A stretch of DNA of 64,000 nucleotides from an uncultured Acidobacteriota bacterium (GTDB lineage: Bacteria > Acidobacteriota > Thermoanaerobaculia > Multivoradales > SZUA-115), in contig CAWDVR010000001.1 in NCBI GenBank assembly GCA_963805975.1, forward strand, positions 800,001-864,000, written 5' to 3'. A program made the translations under genes and the position numbers. Within the stretch, counting starts at the first letter, position 1, and every line of letters begins with the position of its first letter. Shown here one piece after another: positions 50,242 to 59,342 of this stretch. The notes under the pieces were generated by a model that was not told the origin of the DNA, did not search any database, and saw only the letters and a program-made list of their open reading frames with translations.

Positions 50242-50363
50242 CCCCTCACCCCGGCCCTCTCCCCGCTGTCTCGGGGCGAGGGTGCCACCGCCCGGCCCCG
50301 GAGGTCCGATCCGTTGGTCTGATCCCCTCTCCCCGCGTGCGGGGAGAGGGACAGGGTGAGGGG
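50242..50363. repeat. Inverted pair of REP-like palindromic elements
   Basis: cccctcaccccggccctctcccc...ggggcgaggg and cccctctccccgcgtgcggggagagggacagggtgagggg, each an internal hairpin and mutually inverted. Confidence 0.7.
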
Positions 50364-50381
50364 CCTTAGAATCCAGGCATC

Positions 50382-51296
50382 ATGGGAGGAGCAAAGGTAC
50401 GACCTCTGCTTGCCTGCAGCCTGCTGTGGGCCGCCCTCGCCGGCTGCGGCCACCGGGAGCAGGCTCTGAGCAGCCCCCAGGCCCTTGGCCAGTACGCCGA
50501 GCTCCTGCTGCGCTTCCATCACCCGCGTGCCGGATGCAAGGCGCTGGCCGGCGGTGAGGCCCTGGAATGTGGCGAGATGACGCTCGGTCTCGGCAATTTG
50601 TACCGCCACCTGAAGGAAGCGGAGGCCGATCGCGCCGAGATCGACCGCCGGTTGCTCGCCGAGTACGAGGAGGCGCGACGCCGCGCCGCGGCGGAGAAGG
50701 GAATGGCGCCCGGCTCGACCCCGAGCTGGGACCAGGCGCGGGCGCGGCTGCGGCCCCAGCTCGTGCCGGCCGAGTATGGCGCGCAGAATCCGGGCCTGCT
50801 GCGCCGCGCTTTCCTGCCCGGCGTGGAACTCGCCTATGCCGTGGACCAGCCGGAGCGCTATACCCTCTTGCTCGTTCCCCAGGCCGCCTCGTGGGGCGTG
50901 GACGCCGGGGAGGTCCACGCCGTGGCGCTCGCCAACCTCGAGGCCTTGTCCGACCCGCGGGCGCTCGCGGTCACCCTGCCCACCGATCCCAACGCCCGGG
51001 GGCGATGGCTCTCGATCGACGCCTCGGACGGCTATGCCGCGGCCCGTCTGCTGGTGCCGGCACTGCGGCGGCGCATGGCCGAGCTACTGGGCGAGCCGTT
51101 CTTCGTCGGCGTGCCGAACCGCGACTTCCTGGTGGCGTGGTCCCGCGACCTCACCTTCCACGCCGCTTTCGTGGACCGCGTGCGGCAGGACTTCGCACGC
51201 AAGCACCACCCGCTCTCGCCCGAGGTGTTCGTGGCCACCGCGGCCGAGGTCCGGCCGGCGACCGCGGCCGACCTGCCGCCGGGACCGCCGTCATGA
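50382..51296 (+). CDS. DUF1444-like lipoprotein
   Basis: LAGC lipobox; YAVD, A.ANL, DGYAAARLL, VPNRDFL, PLSPEVF. Confidence 0.7.
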   Translation: MGGAKVRPLLACSLLWAALAGCGHREQALSSPQALGQYAELLLRFHHPRAGCKALAGGEALECGEMTLGLGNLYRHLKEAEADRAEIDRRLLAEYEEARRRAAAEKGMAPGSTPSWDQARARLRPQLVPAEYGAQNPGLLRRAFLPGVELAYAVDQPERYTLLLVPQAASWGVDAGEVHAVALANLEALSDPRALAVTLPTDPNARGRWLSIDASDGYAAARLLVPALRRRMAELLGEPFFVGVPNRDFLVAWSRDLTFHAAFVDRVRQDFARKHHPLSPEVFVATAAEVRPATAADLPPGPPS

Positions 51297-51994
51297 GCCC
51301 CCCATCGGCGCCGCTCCTGCTCGCCCTCGACACCGGCTCGCCGCGGGTGAGCGTGGCGCTGGCGCGGGGCGGCCAGCTCCTCGCCGAGCGCTCGCTGGTC
51401 CAGGAGCGATCCTCGGCGGGGCTGCTGCCGGCGATCGAGGAGGTCCTCGCCGAGGCCGGCGCCACGCCGCGGGACCTGGGCGGCATCCTGGCGCTGCGCG
51501 GCCCCGGCAGCTTCACCGGCCTGCGGGTGGGTCTCGCGACCGCCTACGGCCTGCACCAGGCCTTGGGCGTGCCGGCCACCGGGCTCTCCACCCTGGCGGT
51601 GCTGGCCCACGCGGCCGGGGAGCAGCCGGGGAGGGTGGCGGGAGTGGTGGATGCGCTCCGCGGCGAGTGGTTCGTGCAGGAGCTGGCCGCTCTCGGGGCA
51701 GCGGGCGCTCCACCGGAGGCGCGCATTCTCCCCGCGTCCGCCCTCCTCGCGCTCGCCCCGGTCACGCTGGTGGGCTTCGGCATCGGTCGCGCCGTGGACG
51801 CCCTGGGGAGCGCCGCCCAGGGCCTGCGGACGCTCGAGCCGCCGCCGCTCGCCGCCGTGGCCCTCGCCTTCGCTGCGGCGGGCACGGTCGAGTGGGACGC
51901 GAGCCTGCTGACCCGGCCCCTCTACCTGCGGGCCCCGGCCGTGACGCCCCCGGCGAGCAGAGTCCCGGCGACCAGGGCCACGGCGGCAGGATGA
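51293..51994 (+). CDS. tsaB: tRNA t6A biosynthesis protein TsaB
   Basis: LLALDT, GPGSFTGLRVG, DALRGE, PLYLR. Confidence 0.92.
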   Translation: MSPPSAPLLLALDTGSPRVSVALARGGQLLAERSLVQERSSAGLLPAIEEVLAEAGATPRDLGGILALRGPGSFTGLRVGLATAYGLHQALGVPATGLSTLAVLAHAAGEQPGRVAGVVDALRGEWFVQELAALGAAGAPPEARILPASALLALAPVTLVGFGIGRAVDALGSAAQGLRTLEPPPLAAVALAFAAAGTVEWDASLLTRPLYLRAPAVTPPASRVPATRATAAG

Positions 51995-52428
51995 GCGCCG
52001 GGTCCGGCGTTCGGCAGGCCGAGCTCGGAGACCTCGGGGCGATCGTCGAGATCGAGCGCCTCTCGCTCCCGGACCCGTGGGGCGAGGCGGCTTGGCGCGC
52101 CGAGGTCGAGCACGCGGGCTCCCTGGTCCTGGCCGCGGGAGAGCCTCTCCAGGGCTATGCCGGGTTCCGGCAGGGGCCCGGCGAGGCCGAGCTGCTGCGC
52201 ATTGCCGTCCACCCGCGGGCGCGCCGGGGAGGCGTCGCCACCGCCCTGCTCGAGCAGGGCCTCGCCGACCTGCGCGCCGCGGACGCCGCGACCTGCCATC
52301 TCGAAGTGCGCGCCGACAACGGCCCGGCCCTCGCCTTCTACCGCCGGCACGGCTTCGCCGAGGTGGGCAGGCGGCGGCGCTATTACGCAGGCGGTGCGGA
52401 CGCTCTGCTGCTCTCCCGGACCCTCTGA
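51991..52428 (+). CDS. rimI: RimI-like GNAT N-acetyltransferase
   Basis: IAVHP.ARRGG, LEVRADN, GF...GRRRRYY; follows tsaB. Confidence 0.85.
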   Translation: MSAGSGVRQAELGDLGAIVEIERLSLPDPWGEAAWRAEVEHAGSLVLAAGEPLQGYAGFRQGPGEAELLRIAVHPRARRGGVATALLEQGLADLRAADAATCHLEVRADNGPALAFYRRHGFAEVGRRRRYYAGGADALLLSRTL

Positions 52429-52453
52429 GCCCCGCGGCTATACTGCCGCCGCC

Positions 52454-55069
52454 ATGCCGGCCCCAGCCAGCCTCACGCCCATGCTCCGGCACTACCTGGA
52501 GGTCAAGGCGGAGCACCCGGACGCCATCCTGTTCTACCGCATGGGCGACTTCTTCGAGCTCTTCTTCGACGACGCCGTCCAGGCGGCGCCGATCCTCGAG
52601 GTGACGCTCACCGCCCGCCAGAAGGGCACCGAGAGCGAAGCGCCGATGTGCGGCGTGCCCTTCCACGCCGTCGAGAGCTACATCGCCAAGCTGCTCGACG
52701 CCGGCCTGCGCGTGGCGCTCTGCGACCAGGTGGAGGACGCGGCCCAGGCCAAGGGCCTGGTCAAGCGCGAGGTGACGCGCATCCTGACCCCCGGCACGGT
52801 CTCGGACCCGGCGCTCCTCGACGGCAAGGAGGAGAACCTCCTCGCCGCCCTCGCCTGGCAGGGCGAGGCGGGCGCCGGCGCGTTCCTCGACGTCTCGACG
52901 GCGAGCTTCTTCGGCCGGCGCTGGGCGTCGCCCGAGCAGGCGGTCGAGGACCTCGAGGTGCTGCGCCCGCGCGAGGTGCTCTACGCGCCCGGCACCCTGG
53001 CGCCGGCGATCGAGCGCTGGATCGAGCGCCGTGGCGTCTGCGCGACGCCGGTCGCGGGCGACCGGCTGCTCGACCCTCGCCGCGCCGCCGATCTGCTCTC
53101 CCGGCAGCTCGGCGCCGCGAGCCTGCGCGGCTTCGGCCTCGAGGACGGCGAGCCCGCCGTGCTCGCCGCCGCCACTGCTCTCGCCTACGCCCGCGAGACC
53201 CAGCTCCGCGAGCTCTCGCACCTCAAGACTTTCGCCATGCAGGCGCCGAAGGACGCCCTGGCGCTCGACCCCACGACCCTCGCCAACCTCGAAGTGTTCC
53301 GCTCGCTGCGCGAGGGCGGGCGCAAGGGCACGCTGCTCTCGGTGCTCGACCGCACGGCGACGCCCCCCGGCGGGCGGCTCCTCAAGGCCTGGTTGCGCCG
53401 GCCGCTCACCGAGCCGGCGGCGATCGGCGAGCGCCACGACGCGGTGGGGGAGCTGGCCGGCAACGGGCCGCGCCGCGAGCGCCTGCGCGAGCTGCTGGCC
53501 CGCATGGGCGACCCCGAGCGGCTGCTCGCCCGGGCGGTGCTCGGCACGCTGGCGCCGCGCGAGGCCGCGGCCCTGCGCGACACCCTGGCCCGGGTGCCGG
53601 AGCTCCTGGCCGAGCTCTCGCTGTCGACGGCGCCGCTCCTCGTCGACCTCGCCCGGACCGATCCCCTGGCGACGCTGGCCGCCGACCTCGCCCGCATGCT
53701 CGAGCCGGAGCCGGCGGCGAGCCTCAAGGACGGCGGCGTGATCGCCACCGGCGTCGACGAGGAGCTGGACCGCGTGCGCTCGCTCGGCAAGGACAGCAAG
53801 CGCCACATCCTCGCCCTCGAAGCGCGGGAGAAAGAACGCACCGGCATCCCCTCGCTCAAGATCCGCTACAACCGGGTCTTCGGCTACTACCTGGAGATCA
53901 CGCACGCGCACCAGCACCGGGTGCCGGCGGACTACATCCGCAAGCAGACCCTGGTCAACGCCGAGCGCTACGTGACGCCGGAGGTCAAAGAGCTCGAGGA
54001 GCAGATCCTCTCCGCCGAGGAGCGGCAGGTGGCGCTCGAGGAGACGCACTACGCCCGCCTCCAGCAGGCCATCGCCGCCGGGGGGGCCGGCCTCGCCGCG
54101 CTGGCGCGGGCGATCGCCACCGTGGACGTGCTCGCCGCCTTCGCGGAGGTCGCCGTCCGGCAGCGCTACGTGCGGCCGAAGCTGGGCGCGATGGGGGAGC
54201 CGATCGTGATCCGCGACGGCCGGCACCCGGTGGTCGAGCTGGCGAGCCAGGAGGCCTTCGTGCCCAACGACACCGAGCTCGACGCCGAGCGCGCGCAGGT
54301 GGTGCTCCTCACCGGGCCGAACATGGGCGGCAAGTCCACCTACCTGCGGCAGGTGGCGCTCCTGGTGCTGATGGCGCAGGCGGGGAGCTTCGTGCCGGCG
54401 GCGGAGGCGGCGATCGGCGTGGTGGACCGCATCTTCACCCGCGTGGGCGCGAGCGACGACCTGGCGCGCGGCGAGTCGACCTTCATGGTGGAGATGATCG
54501 AGACCGCCAACATCCTGCACCACGCGACGGACAAGAGCCTGGTGATCCTGGACGAGGTGGGCCGCGGCACGGCGACCTTCGACGGCCTTTCGATCGCCTG
54601 GGCGATCGTCGAGCACCTGCACGAGGAGCGGCGGCCGAAGACCCTCTTCGCCACCCACTACCACGAGCTGACCGAGCTCTCGACCATCCTGCCGCGGGTG
54701 GTGAATCGCAAGATGGCGGTCAAGGAGTGGGAGGAGCGCATCATCTTCCTGCGCCGCGTGGTGGCGGGCAGCGCCGACAAGTCCTATGGCCTGCACGTGG
54801 CGCGGCTGGCCGGCCTGCCGGCGCGGGTGATCGCCCGCGCCGGCGAGGTGCTCGCCAACCTCGAGGCCCAGGAGTACGACTTCACCGGCAAGCCGCGGTT
54901 GGCGCGCGGCTCGGTGCCGGCCAGCAGCATCGTCGCCGCGGACCAGCTCACGCTCTTCACGCCCCCCGACCAGGTGGTCGCCGAGATCCTGCGCAACACC
55001 CAGGTCGACGCGCTGACGCCGCTCGCCGCGCTCAACCTCCTCGCGAGCCTCAAGTCGAGGCTGGGGTGA
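52454..55069 (+). CDS. mutS: DNA mismatch repair protein MutS
   Basis: TPML, RMGDFFELF, GPNMGGKST, STFMVEM, DEVGRGT, SYGLHVA. Confidence 0.97.
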   Translation: MPAPASLTPMLRHYLEVKAEHPDAILFYRMGDFFELFFDDAVQAAPILEVTLTARQKGTESEAPMCGVPFHAVESYIAKLLDAGLRVALCDQVEDAAQAKGLVKREVTRILTPGTVSDPALLDGKEENLLAALAWQGEAGAGAFLDVSTASFFGRRWASPEQAVEDLEVLRPREVLYAPGTLAPAIERWIERRGVCATPVAGDRLLDPRRAADLLSRQLGAASLRGFGLEDGEPAVLAAATALAYARETQLRELSHLKTFAMQAPKDALALDPTTLANLEVFRSLREGGRKGTLLSVLDRTATPPGGRLLKAWLRRPLTEPAAIGERHDAVGELAGNGPRRERLRELLARMGDPERLLARAVLGTLAPREAAALRDTLARVPELLAELSLSTAPLLVDLARTDPLATLAADLARMLEPEPAASLKDGGVIATGVDEELDRVRSLGKDSKRHILALEAREKERTGIPSLKIRYNRVFGYYLEITHAHQHRVPADYIRKQTLVNAERYVTPEVKELEEQILSAEERQVALEETHYARLQQAIAAGGAGLAALARAIATVDVLAAFAEVAVRQRYVRPKLGAMGEPIVIRDGRHPVVELASQEAFVPNDTELDAERAQVVLLTGPNMGGKSTYLRQVALLVLMAQAGSFVPAAEAAIGVVDRIFTRVGASDDLARGESTFMVEMIETANILHHATDKSLVILDEVGRGTATFDGLSIAWAIVEHLHEERRPKTLFATHYHELTELSTILPRVVNRKMAVKEWEERIIFLRRVVAGSADKSYGLHVARLAGLPARVIARAGEVLANLEAQEYDFTGKPRLARGSVPASSIVAADQLTLFTPPDQVVAEILRNTQVDALTPLAALNLLASLKSRLG

Positions 55070-56382
55070 AGGGCGGCGCCTTCCTCGCCGTCGGCCTGCC
55101 GGGCAAGGTGCTGGAACCGGAGAACGCTCGGCTCCTCACCCGGCTCGAGCCCGGCGGCGTCATCCTGCTGCCGCGCAACATCGAGGACGCCGGCCAGCTC
55201 GGGGAGCTCACGGCGTCGGTCCGCCGTGTGGTACCCGAAACGCTCCTCTACCTCGACGCCGAGGGGGGGAGGGTGGACCGCCTGCGCAACGTCCTGGGCC
55301 CGGCGCCCGGCGGCGACGTGCTGGCGAGGAACCCTCCTCGCCTGGCGGCGCGCGCCGGCCGTTGGGTGGGCGCCGGCCTGCGGTGCTTCGGCTTCGACGT
55401 GGATCTCGCCCCGGTGGTGGATCTCGATCACGGCCTGGAGAGCAATGCCCTGGACCGGCGATACCTGGGAAGGGCGCCGCGCGGCGTGACCGCGCGGGCG
55501 CGGTCTTTCCTCGCCGGCCTGCACGCCGCGGGAGTGAGCGGCTGCCTCAAGCACTTTCCCGGCCTGGGCCGGGCCGGCGAGGACACCCACGACCAAGGGA
55601 CGGTGATCGCGGCGAGCGAAGCGGCCCTGGCGCTGGACCTCGAGCCCTTCCGCCGGCTGGCGGGGGAGGCGGGAGCGGTGATGGTCAACCACGCCGCCTA
55701 CCCTGCGATCGACCCCTCCGGCCTGCCGGCCAGCCTGTCGCGGGAGATCGTCTGGCACCTTCTGCGGCGCCGCACCGGCTTCCGCGGCCTCGCGCTCTCG
55801 GACGACCTCGACATGCACGCCCTCGACCCCTGGGGGAACGCCGCCGAGCGCGCCGAGGCCAGCTTCGCGGCCGGCTGCGACGTGGTCTTCCTCTGCCAGT
55901 CCCCGGACGCCGCGCTGGAGGCGGCCCGCCGGCTCGGCCGTCCCGGGCTCGAGGCGCGCCGCGAGGAGGCGACGCGCCGGCTCGCGGCCTACCGGCGGCG
56001 GCTTGCGAGGTTGCGAAAGGCGGCCAGGCGGCGACGACCCGGAAGAAGTCATCCGCCGCCTGGCTTCCTTGCAGTAGCTCAGTGCCCCGAAGTCCTGGAC
56101 CCACTCGGTTCCGGCCCGTTGAAGTCCACCCAGGCGGTACCCACGTCGTACCCCCAGTCGAGCACCCCGGAGGTGTACGAAGGCCCGAAATCCGTACCCG
56201 CCGAGACCATGCACTCGAGGCGGCTCGACACGAAGTTCTCGTCCCCCACCCGCCGGCAGAAGTCCGCCCGGTGGTCGCCGTCGAAGTCCGTCCAGGCAAA
56301 CCCTTCAGGCCGCCCCCACTCGCGCACCTCACCCCTGGCGTTGGTCGTGCCCTCAGCGAAACCTCCGCCGGTTGACAAGTAG
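55066..56382 (+). CDS. nagZ: GH3 beta-N-acetylhexosaminidase with run-on C-terminus
   Basis: DAEGGRV, APVVD, KHFPG.G....DTH, SDDLDM; homology ends near 56030 but the frame stays open into the convergent gene. Confidence 0.85.
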   Translation: MKGGAFLAVGLPGKVLEPENARLLTRLEPGGVILLPRNIEDAGQLGELTASVRRVVPETLLYLDAEGGRVDRLRNVLGPAPGGDVLARNPPRLAARAGRWVGAGLRCFGFDVDLAPVVDLDHGLESNALDRRYLGRAPRGVTARARSFLAGLHAAGVSGCLKHFPGLGRAGEDTHDQGTVIAASEAALALDLEPFRRLAGEAGAVMVNHAAYPAIDPSGLPASLSREIVWHLLRRRTGFRGLALSDDLDMHALDPWGNAAERAEASFAAGCDVVFLCQSPDAALEAARRLGRPGLEARREEATRRLAAYRRRLARLRKAARRRRPGRSHPPPGFLAVAQCPEVLDPLGSGPLKSTQAVPTSYPQSSTPEVYEGPKSVPAETMHSRRLDTKFSSPTRRQKSARWSPSKSVQANPSGRPHSRTSPLALVVPSAKPPPVDK

Positions 56383-57395
56383 CAGACGACGAGCCGTACT
56401 CCTTGCCCAATCGGCGTGCAGTAGTCCGCCCGGCCATCGGCGTTCTGATCGGCCCATGCGCCCGGAAAGTACGTGGGATTGGGTTCGATCACCCCGGAGG
56501 TGAAGGTGAGTCCGAAACCCGTGCCGGTCGAGAGGGTGCACGTTGCCCACGTCAATTGATCGCTCGAGACACTGTCCCGCCGGCAGTAGTCCGCTCGGCC
56601 GTCGGCATTGAAGTCCACCCAGCCGAAACCGATGTCGTATCCCCAGTCGATCACGTCGGAGTAGTAGCTGGGTCCGAAGCCCGTGCCCGTCGAGACCGTG
56701 CACGCGACGTAGCTCGACACATAGTTCTCATCCCCCACGCGCCGGCAGTAGTCGGCTCGGCCGTCGGCATTGAAGTCCGCCCAGCCGACACCCACGTCGT
56801 ATCCCCACTCGATCACGTCGGAGTAGTAGGTAGGTCCGAAGCCCGTGCCCGTCGAGACCGTGCACGCGACATAGCTCGACACGAAGTTCTCGTCCCCCAC
56901 TCGGCGGCAGTAGTCCGCCCGCCCATCGACATTGAAGTCCACCCAGGCGACGCCCACGTCCAGTCCCCAGTCGATCACGTCGGAATAGTAGGTGGGCCCG
57001 AAGCCCGTGCCCTTCGAGACCGTGCATGCGACATAGCTCGACACGAAGTTCTCGTCCCCCACGCGCCGGCAGTAGTCCGCCCGGCGGTCGCCGTCGAAGT
57101 CCACCCAGGCGACGCCCACGTCTTGTCCCCAGTCGATCACGTCGGAGTAGTAGGTCAGTCCGAAGCCCGTGCCCTTCGAGACCGTGCACGCGATATGGCT
57201 CGACACGAAGTTCTCGTCCCCCACCCGCCGGCAGTAGTCCGCCCTGCTGACGAGGCCCGGCTGTGCATTGGCTGCTTGCGGCGGTGCAATACCGAAGGCG
57301 AGCAGCGCTCCGAAAGCCGCGGCAGCGGCGCGAAGGATGCGTTGGCGCAGGCTGCTCCCCAGCTCGTGCGCCCCATCATGGCTCTTGATCAACAT
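56079..57395 (-). CDS. Secreted seven-repeat FG-GAP/lectin-like beta-propeller
   Basis: Seven ~54-aa units (W.DF..D.RAD(Y/F)C) at 162-165 bp spacing; signal-like N-terminus. Confidence 0.82.
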   Translation of the reverse strand: MLIKSHDGAHELGSSLRQRILRAAAAAFGALLAFGIAPPQAANAQPGLVSRADYCRRVGDENFVSSHIACTVSKGTGFGLTYYSDVIDWGQDVGVAWVDFDGDRRADYCRRVGDENFVSSYVACTVSKGTGFGPTYYSDVIDWGLDVGVAWVDFNVDGRADYCRRVGDENFVSSYVACTVSTGTGFGPTYYSDVIEWGYDVGVGWADFNADGRADYCRRVGDENYVSSYVACTVSTGTGFGPSYYSDVIDWGYDIGFGWVDFNADGRADYCRRDSVSSDQLTWATCTLSTGTGFGLTFTSGVIEPNPTYFPGAWADQNADGRADYCTPIGQGVRLVVCYLSTGGGFAEGTTNARGEVREWGRPEGFAWTDFDGDHRADFCRRVGDENFVSSRLECMVSAGTDFGPSYTSGVLDWGYDVGTAWVDFNGPEPSGSRTSGH

Positions 57396-57751
57396 GGGCT
57401 TCTCCTTTCCACAGCGTCGCAGTTGTTTGTTCTGCCCAGAGGGCACTCGTGCGGGCTCGGATCACTCTCGAGCCTTGATGAGCAACTGCCGGCAGCGGGC
57501 GCTCTATCTCACTTGGGAGCAGCCCCGGCGCTGCTCGGGGGACTCACCCTCAACACCGAGTGCACCGGATTGAGCGGCGCGCGGCGCGCTCTGTAACGAG
57601 CCGCCGCGGGTAGCGCCCAATTCGATCGTTCGACCAGCTCCCTCGAAAACGCACGGCAGAGGCCGGCGCTTTCCTGGGAGCGCGGCAACGCCAGTCTCAA
57701 ACCGGCCGCGCCCCGGCCCCGGGGCCAGCGGCGTCCGAAGGAGGTTCTTCT

Positions 57752-58318
57752 ATGTCTGGTCGAGGACAGGTTGCAGCGTCTCTCTTGGCCCTCGCCGCCC
57801 TTGCGCTGCCGGCGAGCGCTTCGACGTTCCTCGCTCTCTCCCACCAGGAGCTGGCCGCAGAGGCCGGTGCGGTGGTGGAGGCGCGGGTGATCGCCGTGCG
57901 GTCGTTCTGGAACGCGGAGCGCACTGTGATCGTGACCGAGGCGCGGCTGGCCGTGGACGACGTGGTGGCCGGCGACGCGGCGCGGGATCTGGTGGTGCGC
58001 ACCTTCGGCGGCACGGTGGCCGGCTACACCATCCAGGCGCACGGTTTCCCGACTTTCCGCACCGGCGAGCGCCAGCTTCTCTACCTGGTGCAGGAGCCGA
58101 AAGACGGCAGCGTCCGCGTGCTCGGCTACCAGCAGGGCCAGTACCGGATCGTGACCGGCGACGACGGCGTCGAGAAGGCGGTCCCGGCGGTGGGAGAGGG
58201 CGCCCGCTTCGTCACCCGCGACGGCCGGCCCGCTCCGGCCGCCGAGGTCGTGTCGCTCGCAGAGCTCAAACAACAGATCCGCGACGGCGCTCGAGGTGTC
58301 GAGCGCCCGGCGGCCTAA
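57752..58318 (+). CDS. Secreted protein upstream of matrixin protease
   Basis: AAGGAGG RBS; signal ending ASA, then STF; VRTFGGTV, GFPTF.TGE; resembles accessory domains seen beside matrixins. Confidence 0.75.
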   Translation: MSGRGQVAASLLALAALALPASASTFLALSHQELAAEAGAVVEARVIAVRSFWNAERTVIVTEARLAVDDVVAGDAARDLVVRTFGGTVAGYTIQAHGFPTFRTGERQLLYLVQEPKDGSVRVLGYQQGQYRIVTGDDGVEKAVPAVGEGARFVTRDGRPAPAAEVVSLAELKQQIRDGARGVERPAA

Positions 58319-58341
58319 GCCCCGCGGCAAGGAAGGAACCG

Positions 58342-59304
58342 ATGATGACTACGAACGCGCTCCTGCGCTCCTCCCTGGCGGCGGTGCTCGGCTTCGTCCT
58401 GGCAGCCGGCGCCTCGGCCTACGTGCTCCTGTCCCCGGCCCGCACCTGGAACGGCCCTCCCAACTACATCGTGGACAGCGGCGGCCTGGCATCCGTCCTC
58501 GACGGCAACGGTGGGCTGACTCGCACCCTCAACGCCATCACCAGCTCGGCAGCTTGGAACGGCGCCGGCTCGGCGACCGTGCTCACCGCCAGCTCCGGCT
58601 CGACCGCCGGCATCGCGCTCGGCGACGGCGTCCCCATGCTGCGCTTCAGCGACCCGTTCGCGGCCTGCACCGGCACCTGTCTCGCCGCCACCTTCACCGG
58701 CTACTACAGCCTGCGCGGCGGCACCTCCTACCAGATCGACGACGCGGACATCGTCACCAACTCGACGGGCTACAACTGGACCTCGCAGGGGGAGGACCCG
58801 GGCGGCGTGGGCTGCGCGAGCGAGATCTACGTCGAGGGTGTGATGGTGCACGAGGTCGGCCACGCGCTCGGCCTCGGCCACACCGGGGTCGCCGGCGCCA
58901 CCATGGCGTCCTCGGTGTCCTACTGCAACAACAACCCGGCGACCACCGAGGCCGACGACGAGAGCGGTCTCGTGGCCCTCTACGGCAGCGCGCCCTGCAC
59001 CGGCTGCGCGGTGTACACCAACTACCTCTCCGGTACCGGCGTGACCCACTACGAGCCGCTCAACACCTACTATTTCAGCGCCGCCGCGGGCACCCACCAG
59101 GGCTTCCTGGTCGGTCCCGCGGGCACCGACTTCGACCTCTATCTCTGGAAGTGGAACGGTTCGGCGTGGGCTGTGGTGGCGAGCGCCACCACAGCCTCGT
59201 CGACCGAGACCATCAGCTACGCCGGCACCTCGGGCTACTACCTGTTCGGCGCCTACTCCTACAGCGGCGCCGGCCAGTATCACTTCTGGCTCAAGAAGCC
59301 GTAG
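58342..59304 (+). CDS. Matrixin (M10) metalloprotease with C-terminal PPC-like domain
   Basis: HEVGHALGLGH, Met-turn ATM, DFDLYL..W, ETISY. Confidence 0.9.
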   Translation: MMTTNALLRSSLAAVLGFVLAAGASAYVLLSPARTWNGPPNYIVDSGGLASVLDGNGGLTRTLNAITSSAAWNGAGSATVLTASSGSTAGIALGDGVPMLRFSDPFAACTGTCLAATFTGYYSLRGGTSYQIDDADIVTNSTGYNWTSQGEDPGGVGCASEIYVEGVMVHEVGHALGLGHTGVAGATMASSVSYCNNNPATTEADDESGLVALYGSAPCTGCAVYTNYLSGTGVTHYEPLNTYYFSAAAGTHQGFLVGPAGTDFDLYLWKWNGSAWAVVASATTASSTETISYAGTSGYYLFGAYSYSGAGQYHFWLKKP

Positions 59305-59311
59305 GCCGTCC

Positions 59312-59336
59312 GCGGCGGGTACGCGGTACCCGCCGC
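59312..59336. terminator. Hairpin between convergent genes
   Basis: gcggcgggtac-gcg-gtacccgccgc, 11-bp stem. Confidence 0.6.
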
Positions 59337-59342
59337 TCTCCT

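Noticed and set aside
56257-57240. Regular 162-bp repeats as a possible CRISPR array
   Set aside because: The repeats are contiguous, in frame and coding, with no unique spacers or cas genes
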